Of a stretch of DNA of 64,000 nucleotides, positions 1 through 9,685 are shown piece after piece. The stretch spans positions 11,657 through 75,656 of the forward strand of contig JAJDUM010000063.1 of the NCBI GenBank assembly GCA_022826645.1, written 5' to 3'. Under the pieces are notes generated by a model that ran no database searches, was not told where the DNA came from, and worked only from the letters and a program-made list of their open reading frames with translations. The stretch comes from Candidatus Poribacteria bacterium. Lineage in GTDB: Bacteria; Poribacteria; WGA-4E; PCPOR2b. Made by a program: the position numbers and the translations under genes. Numbering within the stretch: the stretch's first letter is position 1; each line of letters begins with the position of its first letter.

Positions 1-1711
1 CAATCCGACTGCCGAGCGTGAGATCAACGGTTTCCAGTTCATTTTCCTGAGTGAGGATATAATCTATCTCCGGTCCCGCCTGAATTTCGCGAATCCCGAA
101 TTTGCGCGGTCGGGGTGTGTACTCCATCTGACTATGGAATCGACGGCTTCCCTGGTGTCGAACGTATCCAACTTTTGGGTCGAAGTTATCACCGATATCA
201 GTGTATCCAGCTGACAGATCAAAGAAATCTGCTTGCCAATTTGAACCAACATACCACGCGTCCCCGTTTCCGACATCCTCCGCTGAGTCCCATGTCCGTG
301 CCCAAAATCCACGGAGTTCGAGTCTGTCGGTTGGACGATACGAAAGGTCAAGCCCACCAGCGCGATTGTAGTTTTCGGAATCCTGCTTATTGACGGTGAT
401 TAATCCAACGCGAGAGCCAGTGAAAAGGTCGCGTGTCATCCTTAGCACAGAGTAGTTAGTGCGTGGCACATCAACAATTTCGTCGGGATCAGTAACCGAT
501 TCATCTGTGTGAAAATCGTTGGTGAACACATTGAGTAGTCCCACTCCGTAGGGTCCCATCTTGCCCGTGATCTTGCCACCCCCGAGAATTGGAATGGGAT
601 GTCCTTCTTCAATGCCGATACGACGGCTGTAGAAAAGGAGTAGTGGCGGTGGACGACGCCAACTGGGGCGCGGCACACCAAAATCGAAAAGGCCTGCTCC
701 TTCTAAAAAGAAAGGACGCTTCTCAGGGAAGAACAGACTAAAACGGGTGAGGTTGACCTGTTCCTCGTCCGCTTCGACCTGTGCGAAATCTGTGTTATAT
801 GTTAAATCTGCGATGAGGTTCGTAGTCAGGCCGTACTTGAGGTCTAATCCAACCTCGAACTCTCCATCGGTCTTATCGTCATCTTCGATTCGACTCACAC
901 CGGGTAAAACGTAAGGAAGAAACTCGATCTGTCTTTTCGGCTTGATCCCCTCTATGCCCACCAAACTGCCCATGTAGGCGGTGCGGTATTTTGCGCGACC
1001 ACCATACGATGAGGGAACCGGTGCCCAGGTGCCTTCCTCATTGGTTCGCCGGATGCCACGCGACAGGTTCAACCCCCACGTCATTTGTTCGCTCTCCTTG
1101 AAACGGAGTTGACCGAAGGGGATAGAAATTTCTGATGTCCAGCGGTCGGAATGGATGCGGCTTTGACAATCCACCACCGCATCCCAGTCCCGGTTGAAAC
1201 TATCGCCGCTGTTGGTTACGGCAGTATCCTGCACCGCCCCCAACGCATTAACACGGAACGCAACGCCGCTCCGTTTATCATTATAGGTATCGAGGATGAG
1301 AAAAACGTAGTCGTTTTCATGTAATTCACGGGCATCGCGTCGCATGTCGTTGGCGACTAACTTGGAAATATCTGAATCAAAACAGGTAAAGCCGAAGTAG
1401 ATATTCTCTTCATCATAGAGAATACGCACTTTGGTCGGTAGGGTCATTGGTTCTCCCGCATCCGGCTCGACCTGACTAAATCGTCCGACAGGTTTGGCTT
1501 CTTGCCAATCGGGCTCATTGAAATCGCCGTCAATCTCGATGCTGCCAAAGGTCCGATACGCCACTATTTGATAGTCACTGGCGTTTGTTGAGACTGCGTT
1601 GCCAGCGGAGGGAATTAAAATGACCAAATATACAAACAAACAGAGGAACAGGTAGATTTTGTAAGATTCTTCCTCCTGAGAAGAAGAATATCTCTGTGAT
1701 TGACAACCCAT
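1..1711 (-). CDS. DUF5916 / CBM9-like domain protein (partial; 3' end lies beyond window start)
   Basis: Manual translation of minus strand from ATG at 1711 gives a continuous ORF to position 1 (not in ORF track because no stop in window). N-terminal hydrophobic segment, then IEIDGDFNEPDW...KVRILYDEENIYFGF motif typical of CBM9-like/DOMON-like N-domain of DUF5916 proteins. Confidence 0.55.
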   Translation of the reverse strand, partial: MGCQSQRYSSSQEEESYKIYLFLCLFVYLVILIPSAGNAVSTNASDYQIVAYRTFGSIEIDGDFNEPDWQEAKPVGRFSQVEPDAGEPMTLPTKVRILYDEENIYFGFTCFDSDISKLVANDMRRDARELHENDYVFLILDTYNDKRSGVAFRVNALGAVQDTAVTNSGDSFNRDWDAVVDCQSRIHSDRWTSEISIPFGQLRFKESEQMTWGLNLSRGIRRTNEEGTWAPVPSSYGGRAKYRTAYMGSLVGIEGIKPKRQIEFLPYVLPGVSRIEDDDKTDGEFEVGLDLKYGLTTNLIADLTYNTDFAQVEADEEQVNLTRFSLFFPEKRPFFLEGAGLFDFGVPRPSWRRPPPLLLFYSRRIGIEEGHPIPILGGGKITGKMGPYGVGLLNVFTNDFHTDESVTDPDEIVDVPRTNYSVLRMTRDLFTGSRVGLITVNKQDSENYNRAGGLDLSYRPTDRLELRGFWARTWDSAEDVGNGDAWYVGSNWQADFFDLSAGYTDIGDNFDPKVGYVRHQGSRRFHSQMEYTPRPRKFGIREIQAGPEIDYILTQENELETVDLTLGSRI

Positions 1712-1886
1712 AGACATCTTTCCTTTCGTTTTCGGACACCTCGGATACACTGTCAGATAAGGTGTATAAGTTATTCACCGTGGGCAAGGTTATCACTGTT
1801 TTACTTAGAGTGGAGCACTTGGACTCTGTGGGCACTCTTGAGTGTCGAGAAACTGGGAAACAGGAATGGTAATTCTGACTGAGAGG

Positions 1887-3227
1887 TTATTCTCCTTGCA
1901 GGCGTTGGACTAACATCTCCCGCGTCACCGGTTGATCAAGAGACATCAGGTAAATTTGGAGATTACCGCTTCGGTCAGAGACAAAGGCAAGTTTCCTTCC
2001 ATCTGGTGAGAAGGTTGGCTGTACCGAGACACCGATGTCGCTGGTAATGCGTCGCTCATTCGTTCCATCTATATCCATCAGATAGATCTCGATGTCATCC
2101 ATCCGCCCAGAGACGAAGGCGATAGTTTCCCCGTCCGGGGCGATCACCGGGCTGTAACAGTCATAGGGGTTGGGATTCAAATGTTTTTCGTCGCTGCCGT
2201 CAAGATTGATAGTATAGATCTGATGCAGCGGTTTATTGCGACCGGGCGCTACACGGCGAGGCCCTGTGCCTTCTGGACCTGCCGACACAAAAGCCATTCG
2301 TTTTCCATCTGGAAAAAAAGTTGGACTACCTTCATCTGCCTCGCTGTCAGTGATGCGTATGGGCACAACTACTCTTTCTTTCAAGTTTTCCAGATCGATT
2401 TCGTTTAGATCCAGGGTGTATAAGTCTAAATTTCTGTCCCTGCTCGCCTCATAAACCACGCGCTTCGAATCTGGCGATAAACACGGCACACGGACCCCCA
2501 ATCCAAGTGGCAAAAGTTCCTGTGTTACCTTGCTATCGAGGTGAGTCAGATAAATACCGGTATAGACAGGTGTTGTTCCATCGCTTTGGAGAACGATCTG
2601 GACTTCGCTGGCACTTTTAGGTTCACGGCTATGTACTAAGTAAGGCGAGTCGTCCAGAAATCTCGGCGTATCTTCATTGAAATCCGGTGTGAACGTTATC
2701 TGTCGGAGGTTGCTTCCATCCACATCCATCAGATAAATTTCACTATTCTGTAGCCGGGACGATGCGAAGGCTATCTGTGTGCTATCAGGAGAGAAGTTTG
2801 GGGAGTAATTTTCTGGGTTCCCTTCCGTAATCTGAACCACCTGGTAGGCATCGCTGACAAGTCCTGCAACCTGTTGTATCACCGCGTTATCCGATGTGGA
2901 GTGAACAATCGCCCGTAGTTGATTGACCCCTTCCTTGCGAACCCCTAATCTTAGATAAATCTTTGCTAATTGGAGGCGTACCATCGCCCGCTCTTCGGGC
3001 TGGGCAACGTACAGTCGGATCGCAGCCTTGAATTGGGGTATCGCGCGATCGTAGTTTTCCAGCGCTTCATGTGCTTGCGCCATCAGGAGCCGCGCTTTGG
3101 GATTCCGTTCCTCCGCCGTGATGACCTGCGCTAATAGAGCAATCGCTTCATCATACCGGTTTGAGCTGATAAGCTCCTCACTCTGTCGCAGTGATTCGTC
3201 TGTCCCATCGCAACCGATGATCAACAA
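1887..3227 (-). CDS. TPR repeat + TolB-like (PD40/WD40-like) beta-propeller protein
   Basis: 446-aa ORF; N-terminal TPR-like helices; repeated SPxFSPDGxxIAFxS PD40 motifs (4+ copies). First canonical start is TTG at 3227; start uncertain (see finding). Confidence 0.75.
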   Translation of the reverse strand: MLIIGCDGTDESLRQSEELISSNRYDEAIALLAQVITAEERNPKARLLMAQAHEALENYDRAIPQFKAAIRLYVAQPEERAMVRLQLAKIYLRLGVRKEGVNQLRAIVHSTSDNAVIQQVAGLVSDAYQVVQITEGNPENYSPNFSPDSTQIAFASSRLQNSEIYLMDVDGSNLRQITFTPDFNEDTPRFLDDSPYLVHSREPKSASEVQIVLQSDGTTPVYTGIYLTHLDSKVTQELLPLGLGVRVPCLSPDSKRVVYEASRDRNLDLYTLDLNEIDLENLKERVVVPIRITDSEADEGSPTFFPDGKRMAFVSAGPEGTGPRRVAPGRNKPLHQIYTINLDGSDEKHLNPNPYDCYSPVIAPDGETIAFVSGRMDDIEIYLMDIDGTNERRITSDIGVSVQPTFSPDGRKLAFVSDRSGNLQIYLMSLDQPVTREMLVQRLQGE

Positions 3228-3422
3228 GAGTGGTAGAAAAGCGCAACATAGCGTGTGAAATGTGGGGCGTGATGCGTAGTGTGTAAAACGAGAGATCGTC
3301 TGCTTTGCCTCCTTCCTCCGACTTGTGGAAGGATTCCTAAAGAATATATAACCAGTTGAGGTAGGATGGGTTTAACCCAAATACCCAGAGATGCTTTTTT
3401 GACGCATCTGTGCTAAATTTGT

Positions 3423-4637
3423 TTACTCGTGTCTTAGCGCTTCAATCGGGGATAACTTCGCTGCCTTCCATGCAGGATATGCACCGAAGAAGATACCGAC
3501 CCACGCTGCAACGAAAAATGCTACTGCCGTATATATCGGTGAAATAACCGTCCGCCACCCCCAGAGCGAGGGCACCATTTTCGATCCGAAGATTCCAACG
3601 CCAATCCCAATCAAGCCACCGAGGATCGACAGCGTCATCGATTCGATCAGGAACTGAATCAGGATGTCATGACGTTTGGCGCCGACCGCTTTCCGTAAAC
3701 CTATCTCCCTCGTGCGCTCTGTCACCGACACCAACATGATATTCATTATCCCAATTCCGCCGACGATCAGCGATACCACTGCAATGCCCATAATCATGTA
3801 GGTGAATGTTTGTCCCGATTCTTCAAGCGTCTCAAGAAACTCTGTTTGATTCCGCACGTTAAAATCGAGTTCCTTGTTAGCAGGAAGTTTGTGTTGTTTG
3901 CGCAAGAGATTCTCGATTTCCGCTTCGGCTGGTTCCATCGCCTCGCTATTGACCGCCTGCGCACTGATACTTGATAGATAATCTCTGCCAAAAACCCGTT
4001 TCATCGCCGTTGATACCGGAATAAAGATTTGGTCATCCGGATTCCGCCAGCCGCTCGCCCCCTTCTCCTTCATCACACCCAGCACCCGGAAGTTGAGTCC
4101 CCGGATCTTGACTGTCTCGCCAATCGGATTTTTTTCGTTGCCAAACAATTCATCGACGACTGTTTTTCCCAACGTGCACACCCGGCGCCGAGTACGCACG
4201 TCGTTCTCAGTAAAAAATGCACCTTTCTCAACTGGAAAATTCGCTGTAATCTGGTACTCGGGTGTCGTACCGATAACCGTCGTATTGTGGTTTTTATTCC
4301 CGTGCTTGACCTGAGCGCGCGAAGATACTTCCGGTGTAACTAACAGAATATTTTCTGCGCGCTCCCTCAATACCATCGCATCTTCATACTTCAGACTCTG
4401 ACGATCCTGCCCTGAACTCCTTCCGCGCAAACGGCTCTGACCCGGACGGACTGCCAGGATGTTCGCCCCGAGCGTCTGGATGCGCTCCGTGATGTCAGCT
4501 TTCGCTCCCTCGCCGATGGAGGTTGTGGTCATAATCGCTCCCACACCGATAATCACACCAAGCATCGTCAGCGCCGATCGAAGTTTGTTTGCTAATAAAC
4601 CACGTAACGCGTTTGCTAAACTTTCGAGCATTCCCAT
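3423..4637 (-). CDS. MacB-like ABC transporter permease (FtsX family, periplasmic MacB domain; no fused ATPase)
   Basis: 404 aa; N-terminal TM helix, ~200-aa periplasmic domain, C-terminal FtsX-type 3-TM bundle (GIAVVSLIVGGIGIMNIMLVSVTERTREIGLRKAVGA). 24 bp downstream of MFP gene, so likely co-transcribed. Confidence 0.85.
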   Translation of the reverse strand: MGMLESLANALRGLLANKLRSALTMLGVIIGVGAIMTTTSIGEGAKADITERIQTLGANILAVRPGQSRLRGRSSGQDRQSLKYEDAMVLRERAENILLVTPEVSSRAQVKHGNKNHNTTVIGTTPEYQITANFPVEKGAFFTENDVRTRRRVCTLGKTVVDELFGNEKNPIGETVKIRGLNFRVLGVMKEKGASGWRNPDDQIFIPVSTAMKRVFGRDYLSSISAQAVNSEAMEPAEAEIENLLRKQHKLPANKELDFNVRNQTEFLETLEESGQTFTYMIMGIAVVSLIVGGIGIMNIMLVSVTERTREIGLRKAVGAKRHDILIQFLIESMTLSILGGLIGIGVGIFGSKMVPSLWGWRTVISPIYTAVAFFVAAWVGIFFGAYPAWKAAKLSPIEALRHE

Positions 4638-4661
4638 CTAAATAGGTTCCCCCCTCGTTTA

Positions 4662-6722
4662 TCAGCGACCGCCCCCTCTGCCACCGCCGGCGTTTCGCTG
4701 CATCCGTCTCATTGTAGAAGCTGGATTGCCCATCATACGTCGGAATCGTTCCATATCCCCGCCGCCTCTGCGCTCGAAACCGCCCACGGCGACGGCCTGC
4801 CCTTCATTTAGGCCTGAGATGATTTCTGTTCTGTCGAAACTACTCGCACCGGTCTCAACAGGTTGTGGACGCCCCGGCTGACCATCTTCGCCGATGACAC
4901 GAACCATTTTTCGGTTTCCAAAAGACAGAATCGCTTCATTCGGAAGGACTAATATATTTCGCTTACTCGTGGCAGCAATCTCAACAGTTGCATTCATCCC
5001 CGGCTTCAAGAACGGCGTATCTGTATCTTCCGATGGGGTTTCTTCAGGAGTTGGATCCACCGTCCCTGTGTCACCGAAAAAACTGTCCGCCATTGCCATC
5101 CACGGATCCGCCGCCTCCGCTGGTTCAGCAGCTGTTGAATCCTCGCTGGGAGTTTGGGCGTTCTCTGATGTCCCCTCTTCTTCTTGCCGCTGCCGACGCA
5201 TCTGTCGAAAGCGTTCCCGCTGTTCTGGTGTAAACTCACCTCCGCCCTCGCCTCGGCTGAAACCGCTGCCTTCACCGCGCCCTGCAAATCCACCGCCTCT
5301 CCCCCAACGTCCGCGTCCCCTTGGACGTGTATTCGTGATTTCAGTGATGACCTTGAATGTTGTTACATTTTGAACCACCTGCCCTTGCGGTGCGATGCGA
5401 AGCACCTCCCCTTGCAGCGGTTGGTCAGGATAGGCTTCGACGGTGATGGTCACCTGTTGACCGACCTTCACCTTGCCGATATCAGTTTCATCTACCTCTG
5501 TTGCGACAAATACCTTTTCGAGATCCGCCATCGTTACCAGCACCTGACCTTCGGACGAAACAGAGCCGCTCCTGCCGCCCCCACCAAAGCTGGAGACGAT
5601 TACCTGTCCTTCCTCCGCCTTCTTTTCGAGAATCGTTCCGGAAATGGGGGCACGGATAACCGTATCGTCATAGCTCTCTTTTGCAAGTTGCAGGGCGCTT
5701 GCACTGCGCATGAGTTGTGCGTTGGAACTTTCAAGATCCTTTTCCTTCAGATCGATCTGTTTTTTATTGGCAAGTGCCAACTCCAAAGCGTCCTTGGATT
5801 GTGTAACACGATGTTCCTGAATCTTTATCTCCAAGTCACGATACTTCTCTTTCTCGATCTGCTCATTCGCCGCATCAATGGCGTACTGTGCTCTCTGAAT
5901 CTCAGCCTCCGAGAGTTTTAACTCCGCTTCGCTTGCCGGTTGTTTAACTAACTCCAACTGCTGTTTAGCCGAGTCGTACTGTGCCTGTGCTGATTGAAGC
6001 TGCGTCCCAGCGGAGTCAAGATCCGATTTTGAGATGAACTGTTTATCGAAAAGTTGCTGTTTTCGGTCATACTCTTTTTTGGCAAGGTCGTGATTGGCTT
6101 TCGCTTGGTTCACGCTTGCTTCTGCACGTTTCTTATCTTCTTCCCGTACCGTCTCAGATGTCAGGAGTTTATATCGTAATCGCGCCATCTCGTGGCTATT
6201 GCTTGCATCGTTTAATTGGCGTTGGTTGGTTATTTTTTCTATCCGTATCTGTTCTGTGAGCTGCTCTAACTGTTTTTCTGCTTCAGCCAACTTTTCTTTC
6301 GCCTGTTGAATCTGAATCGCGGTCTGCTCTTTTTGCAATTCGATACTAATCTTCGATTGATCAAGGCGTGCCTGGGACGCGCTAAAGTCTGCTTGTGCCT
6401 GCTCCAGATCTGCTGCAACGTAGGTAGTTTCAATACGTGCAATAACAGCGTCCTGTTCGACGTAATCGCCTTCTTCTACGGTGATCTCTAAAATTTTACC
6501 GCTCGCTTTGGAACTTACCTCAACGATATTAAGCGGCTCAATGGTCCCGGTAGCATCAATTGTGACTTCAATATTGCCCCGCTCAACTGTGGCGGTCTTG
6601 ATTTCAGGGGTATTGTTAGCGTCCTCTTTGGTTGCTTTGGCGCGTTGTCCCCACAGCAGCAAACCGCCGGATACGAGGACCACGACAGCAATCACTATGA
6701 TAATGATCCATTTCTTCCCCAT
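4662..6722 (-). CDS. HlyD-family membrane fusion protein (efflux periplasmic adaptor) with long coiled-coil and RG-rich/acidic insertion
   Basis: 686 aa; N-terminal TM anchor, ~250-aa coiled-coil hairpin, beta-barrel/MP domains (VIRAPISGTI, VLVLPNEAI); ~107-aa low-complexity insert (aa ~466-572) and RGG C-terminal tail. Confidence 0.8.
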   Translation of the reverse strand: MGKKWIIIIVIAVVVLVSGGLLLWGQRAKATKEDANNTPEIKTATVERGNIEVTIDATGTIEPLNIVEVSSKASGKILEITVEEGDYVEQDAVIARIETTYVAADLEQAQADFSASQARLDQSKISIELQKEQTAIQIQQAKEKLAEAEKQLEQLTEQIRIEKITNQRQLNDASNSHEMARLRYKLLTSETVREEDKKRAEASVNQAKANHDLAKKEYDRKQQLFDKQFISKSDLDSAGTQLQSAQAQYDSAKQQLELVKQPASEAELKLSEAEIQRAQYAIDAANEQIEKEKYRDLEIKIQEHRVTQSKDALELALANKKQIDLKEKDLESSNAQLMRSASALQLAKESYDDTVIRAPISGTILEKKAEEGQVIVSSFGGGGRSGSVSSEGQVLVTMADLEKVFVATEVDETDIGKVKVGQQVTITVEAYPDQPLQGEVLRIAPQGQVVQNVTTFKVITEITNTRPRGRGRWGRGGGFAGRGEGSGFSRGEGGGEFTPEQRERFRQMRRQRQEEEGTSENAQTPSEDSTAAEPAEAADPWMAMADSFFGDTGTVDPTPEETPSEDTDTPFLKPGMNATVEIAATSKRNILVLPNEAILSFGNRKMVRVIGEDGQPGRPQPVETGASSFDRTEIISGLNEGQAVAVGGFERRGGGDMERFRRMMGNPASTMRRMQRNAGGGRGGGR

Positions 6723-6805
6723 CGGTTATCCTCCTTCGTTGGCGAAACAAAAAAAACTGGGGAGAATGGACGAATCCATATCTCCCCTTGTCTATATGTC
6801 GTGAT

Positions 6806-7291
6806 TTAGCGGCCTCTGTTGCCACCACCGCCTCTTCTACCACCACCTCGATTCATCATCTGCTGCATCCGCTTCTGTTGGTGTGTCTCGAGTTGGGCTA
6901 CCTGCTCTTCGGTCAAGACCGATTTCAAATCTTCCTTGAACTCACTGCCAATCTTCCCGAAGACTTCGCGCATTCCGCCTCGATCTCCGGATTCACGGGC
7001 TTCTTTGAGGATTTTCTGAAGACTCTCACGATGTTTCTGGTAAACTGGACGGGCTTTGATGAGTGTCTCATCATCGACCTTGAGAGAAAATGTAAGGTCT
7101 GTCCATGAGTTGTCAATGATTGAGGTGGGATTGAACCCACGCATTCCGCCACCACCACGTCTTTCGCCTCCGGCTCTCTCGCGCATTCCGTCGCGGTCTG
7201 GGCGCTGGGCTTGGGTAACTTGATTTGTGAGAAAAACGGTAACTGCTGCCATTGCGAGAATGGCGGTGAGTACGAACCATCTGCGTTTCAT
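6806..7291 (-). CDS. LTXXQ-motif (Spy/CpxP/ZraP-like) periplasmic protein with RGG-rich segments
   Basis: 161 aa; signal peptide MKRRWFVLTAILAMAAVTVFLTNQVTQA; LTEEQVAQLETHQQKRMQQMM motif characteristic of the CpxP/Spy LTXXQ family; Gly/Arg-rich low complexity. Confidence 0.55.
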   Translation of the reverse strand: MKRRWFVLTAILAMAAVTVFLTNQVTQAQRPDRDGMRERAGGERRGGGGMRGFNPTSIIDNSWTDLTFSLKVDDETLIKARPVYQKHRESLQKILKEARESGDRGGMREVFGKIGSEFKEDLKSVLTEEQVAQLETHQQKRMQQMMNRGGGRRGGGGNRGR

Positions 7292-7431
7292 GGTAAAGTC
7301 TCCTTCTTTCTTGTCGAATGAATGTTAGAATAGTGCCGAACCACGGATTTATAATCAATAATATGTAGGTTTCGGCTATAATTTTGTGTCTCTGCATCTT
7401 TGGGCAGATGAGTTTGAATTAAGTTCGCCTT

Positions 7432-7462
7432 TTTTTAAAGAAAAATGAAGGAACGTCCCTTC
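7432..7462 (-). terminator. candidate intrinsic terminator downstream of BNR-repeat gene
   Basis: Minus-strand GAAGG-GACGTT-CCTTC hairpin followed by AUUUUUCUUU; a CUGC-CGAA-GCAG tetraloop hairpin lies 15 nt upstream (7477-7488). Confidence 0.4.
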
Positions 7463-7569
7463 GGCTCGGTCTGGTACTGCTTCGGCAGCCGTCAGATTGG
7501 CATTGCAAAGGTTCGAGTTCCTACATATTTGTCGCCTCATTGGAGCTTTCTGTTAGTTCGTTAGTTTGT

Positions 7570-9633
7570 TCATTCTACAGGGCGCCAGCGAATTGCTTGG
7601 ACGCGTGGCATATACTTAAAACCGTCCGGTGTTGCAGGTCCTTCACTGCCCCAGTTTCTTTCCGATCGCTCGCCGACCAGCGTGAGAATCATCCCCGGCT
7701 TGCCATCGGCTAAGTGCGAGGGCAGTACGCAGCTGCCGGAATAGCCCGGGTACGAGGGCGTTGCGGTCATGAAATATAACTCATCGCACCAAGTTTTGCC
7801 TTCATCGTAGCTTACTTTTGCCCGCTCGCCGCCGCGATACGTCGGTCCACGGTGTGTATAAAGGAAGACGACTCGTCCGTCCGGTAACTGGATACCACCG
7901 CCGTGCATCTCTTCCAGCAGAAACGTTGCGGGACGCTGGCTATGCCACGTCTCTCCACCGTCATCTGATTCTGCCAGAGTGACCCGTTTCGTGTAGGAAG
8001 AAAGACTCCGCGCGCCTTGAAAACGCTGCCACAACCGCCACGGTTCTTCATTGCGGAATGGGCGTTGTAGGTCGCTGGACGGAACCCGTGGATTGTTGCG
8101 GCAGAAGGCGAGTAGCCGCCCCGATTGTAATTCGAGGAGTTGTGGCTCACCCCCCGGGCAGATTGGTGATCCCGCTGACCATGTTTTGCCTCCGTCGGTT
8201 GAGCGAAATGAGTGTACGGTCAGGGGACCTGCGGCTGTTTGCGAGCTGATAATGCCGACCGGTATAATCAGTGACCCATCGCGCAGCTGTTCAATCCCCC
8301 CGACCTGCGGGTGTTCGGATGACTCGATTTCTCCGAGCGGCTGCCATGTTCTTCCCTGATCGCTTGACCGTGAGACATGCAACAACCTGCCCTTCGGCTC
8401 TACAGCCAAAAACGTCCCATCGTATAACACAGTGTTAATCGACTTGGTTACCTGTAGATTGTCCCAAGTTTGTCCACCGTCACGGGTACACATCACCGTA
8501 TGTCCATCGCTCATCTGTGCGTGAATCTTATCGTCATCGGTAACGATTAGCGTCGCTTGTGTATCGGCATACCAGTTACGGTCATTGGTCCACGGCAGCA
8601 CACTCCGTTCAGCAGGTATTTCATGCACGGCACTGTGCCTTGTGTACATCACACCCTGATATGTTTCCTCGAAGACTGGATAGTTGACGAAGATATAATC
8701 TTCGGGACTAATCTGTTCACCGGCTGCTGCGAGAACCCGAGCGCGGAACTCACCGATGAACGGAAAGTCCAGCGAGAGGCTGCGTTCATTTCGACCAGGA
8801 CCGATAGGATCCACGAGCGTATAGCTGAAAATTACACGTCCTCCAACAAGCTCCCGGACTTCCATCGTAATTGGTTCATTGACCGTTTTATCCGTCTGAT
8901 TGTATGTTGTCAGAGAGAGCTTGAGAGGTCCATCGTTAAGGTGGATCAGAGAGCTGTCCCGTCGCCCCTGATTAGGACGAGAGTCAGGACTGCCCACAAC
9001 TGCTGCTTCAACACTCCGGCGTGGTTGGAACTCCGTTGCTTGAGGTGCTTGCTCCAACTGTGCTGCGTCGAACCAAACGACTGCTCCCGCTTTATCTGCC
9101 GTAACCTTGAGGTCAACGACAGCGCGTTCCTCCAGTTCGTCCGTGCAGCAGGTAAACGTAAAACGCTGCCATTCCGTCGAAAGCGGCATCTCATAACTGA
9201 GCGAATCTGCGTCCTCTGTGAAGTCTACCGCCCTCGTCCACAACCCGATCTCCAGTTTTGCCGACGGTTCATCGCTCCGCGCATAGACCGAAATCGTATA
9301 CGGTGTGCAAGGAACAACATTCACCAGAGGTGAGAGCAGGTGTCCGACAGCAGTACCGCTGCGTTCGCCCACCTCATCGGAATTCAAGGCAGTCTCTGTC
9401 TCAACCCGCGCTACACGCTCGCCATCAACAGCCTCACCGATGACTTCACTGCACGGCGGCACCTGCGGCACTTGAGTCGTCCCTGCTTCATCGGGGTTCA
9501 AATCGAGATGCAACCGTAACGTCAACTCGTTCTGCGTGTCGCCCCAGTTCGTCGGGACGGTATCACCGAAGTCGAGTTCAAAACTGGCGTTGGGTAGCAG
9601 ATTTTTTGAGAACATATTTGGACCGACCCCCAC
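7570..9633 (-). CDS. BNR/Asp-box repeat (sialidase-like) protein with N-terminal carbohydrate-binding-like domain
   Basis: 687 aa; multiple S-x-D-x-G-x-T-W Asp-box motifs (STDGGKTWS, SDDGGETWH, SDQGRTWQ, DGGQTWD); N-terminal NLLPNASFE...WG beta-sandwich-like region. Confidence 0.65.
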   Translation of the reverse strand: MGVGPNMFSKNLLPNASFELDFGDTVPTNWGDTQNELTLRLHLDLNPDEAGTTQVPQVPPCSEVIGEAVDGERVARVETETALNSDEVGERSGTAVGHLLSPLVNVVPCTPYTISVYARSDEPSAKLEIGLWTRAVDFTEDADSLSYEMPLSTEWQRFTFTCCTDELEERAVVDLKVTADKAGAVVWFDAAQLEQAPQATEFQPRRSVEAAVVGSPDSRPNQGRRDSSLIHLNDGPLKLSLTTYNQTDKTVNEPITMEVRELVGGRVIFSYTLVDPIGPGRNERSLSLDFPFIGEFRARVLAAAGEQISPEDYIFVNYPVFEETYQGVMYTRHSAVHEIPAERSVLPWTNDRNWYADTQATLIVTDDDKIHAQMSDGHTVMCTRDGGQTWDNLQVTKSINTVLYDGTFLAVEPKGRLLHVSRSSDQGRTWQPLGEIESSEHPQVGGIEQLRDGSLIIPVGIISSQTAAGPLTVHSFRSTDGGKTWSAGSPICPGGEPQLLELQSGRLLAFCRNNPRVPSSDLQRPFRNEEPWRLWQRFQGARSLSSYTKRVTLAESDDGGETWHSQRPATFLLEEMHGGGIQLPDGRVVFLYTHRGPTYRGGERAKVSYDEGKTWCDELYFMTATPSYPGYSGSCVLPSHLADGKPGMILTLVGERSERNWGSEGPATPDGFKYMPRVQAIRWRPVE

Positions 9634-9685
9634 GTTTGGAATGGCAGCATCTTATGTATACTACCTTTAGTTGATCATTTGACTT

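Noticed and set aside
5184-5921. Long antisense or alternative-frame ORFs inside well-supported genes. Examples are 5184-5921, 4894-5373, 8557-9333, 15500-15964, 17876-18397, 29428-29913, 40669-41154, 44309-44953, 47944-48534, 50943-51434, 53920-54342 and 55725-56303.
   Set aside because: They lie opposite or out of frame of genes with clear family signatures. They are Cys/Pro/Arg-rich translations typical of shadow ORFs in ~50% GC DNA. They have no RBS and no recognisable domains.
3423-7291. Expected ABC ATPase partner (MacB ATPase/LolD-like) for the MacB-type permease
   Set aside because: Looked on both strands adjacent to the adaptor/permease pair. No Walker A/B ABC ATPase ORF is present in the window. 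Reported as absent, not as a feature.
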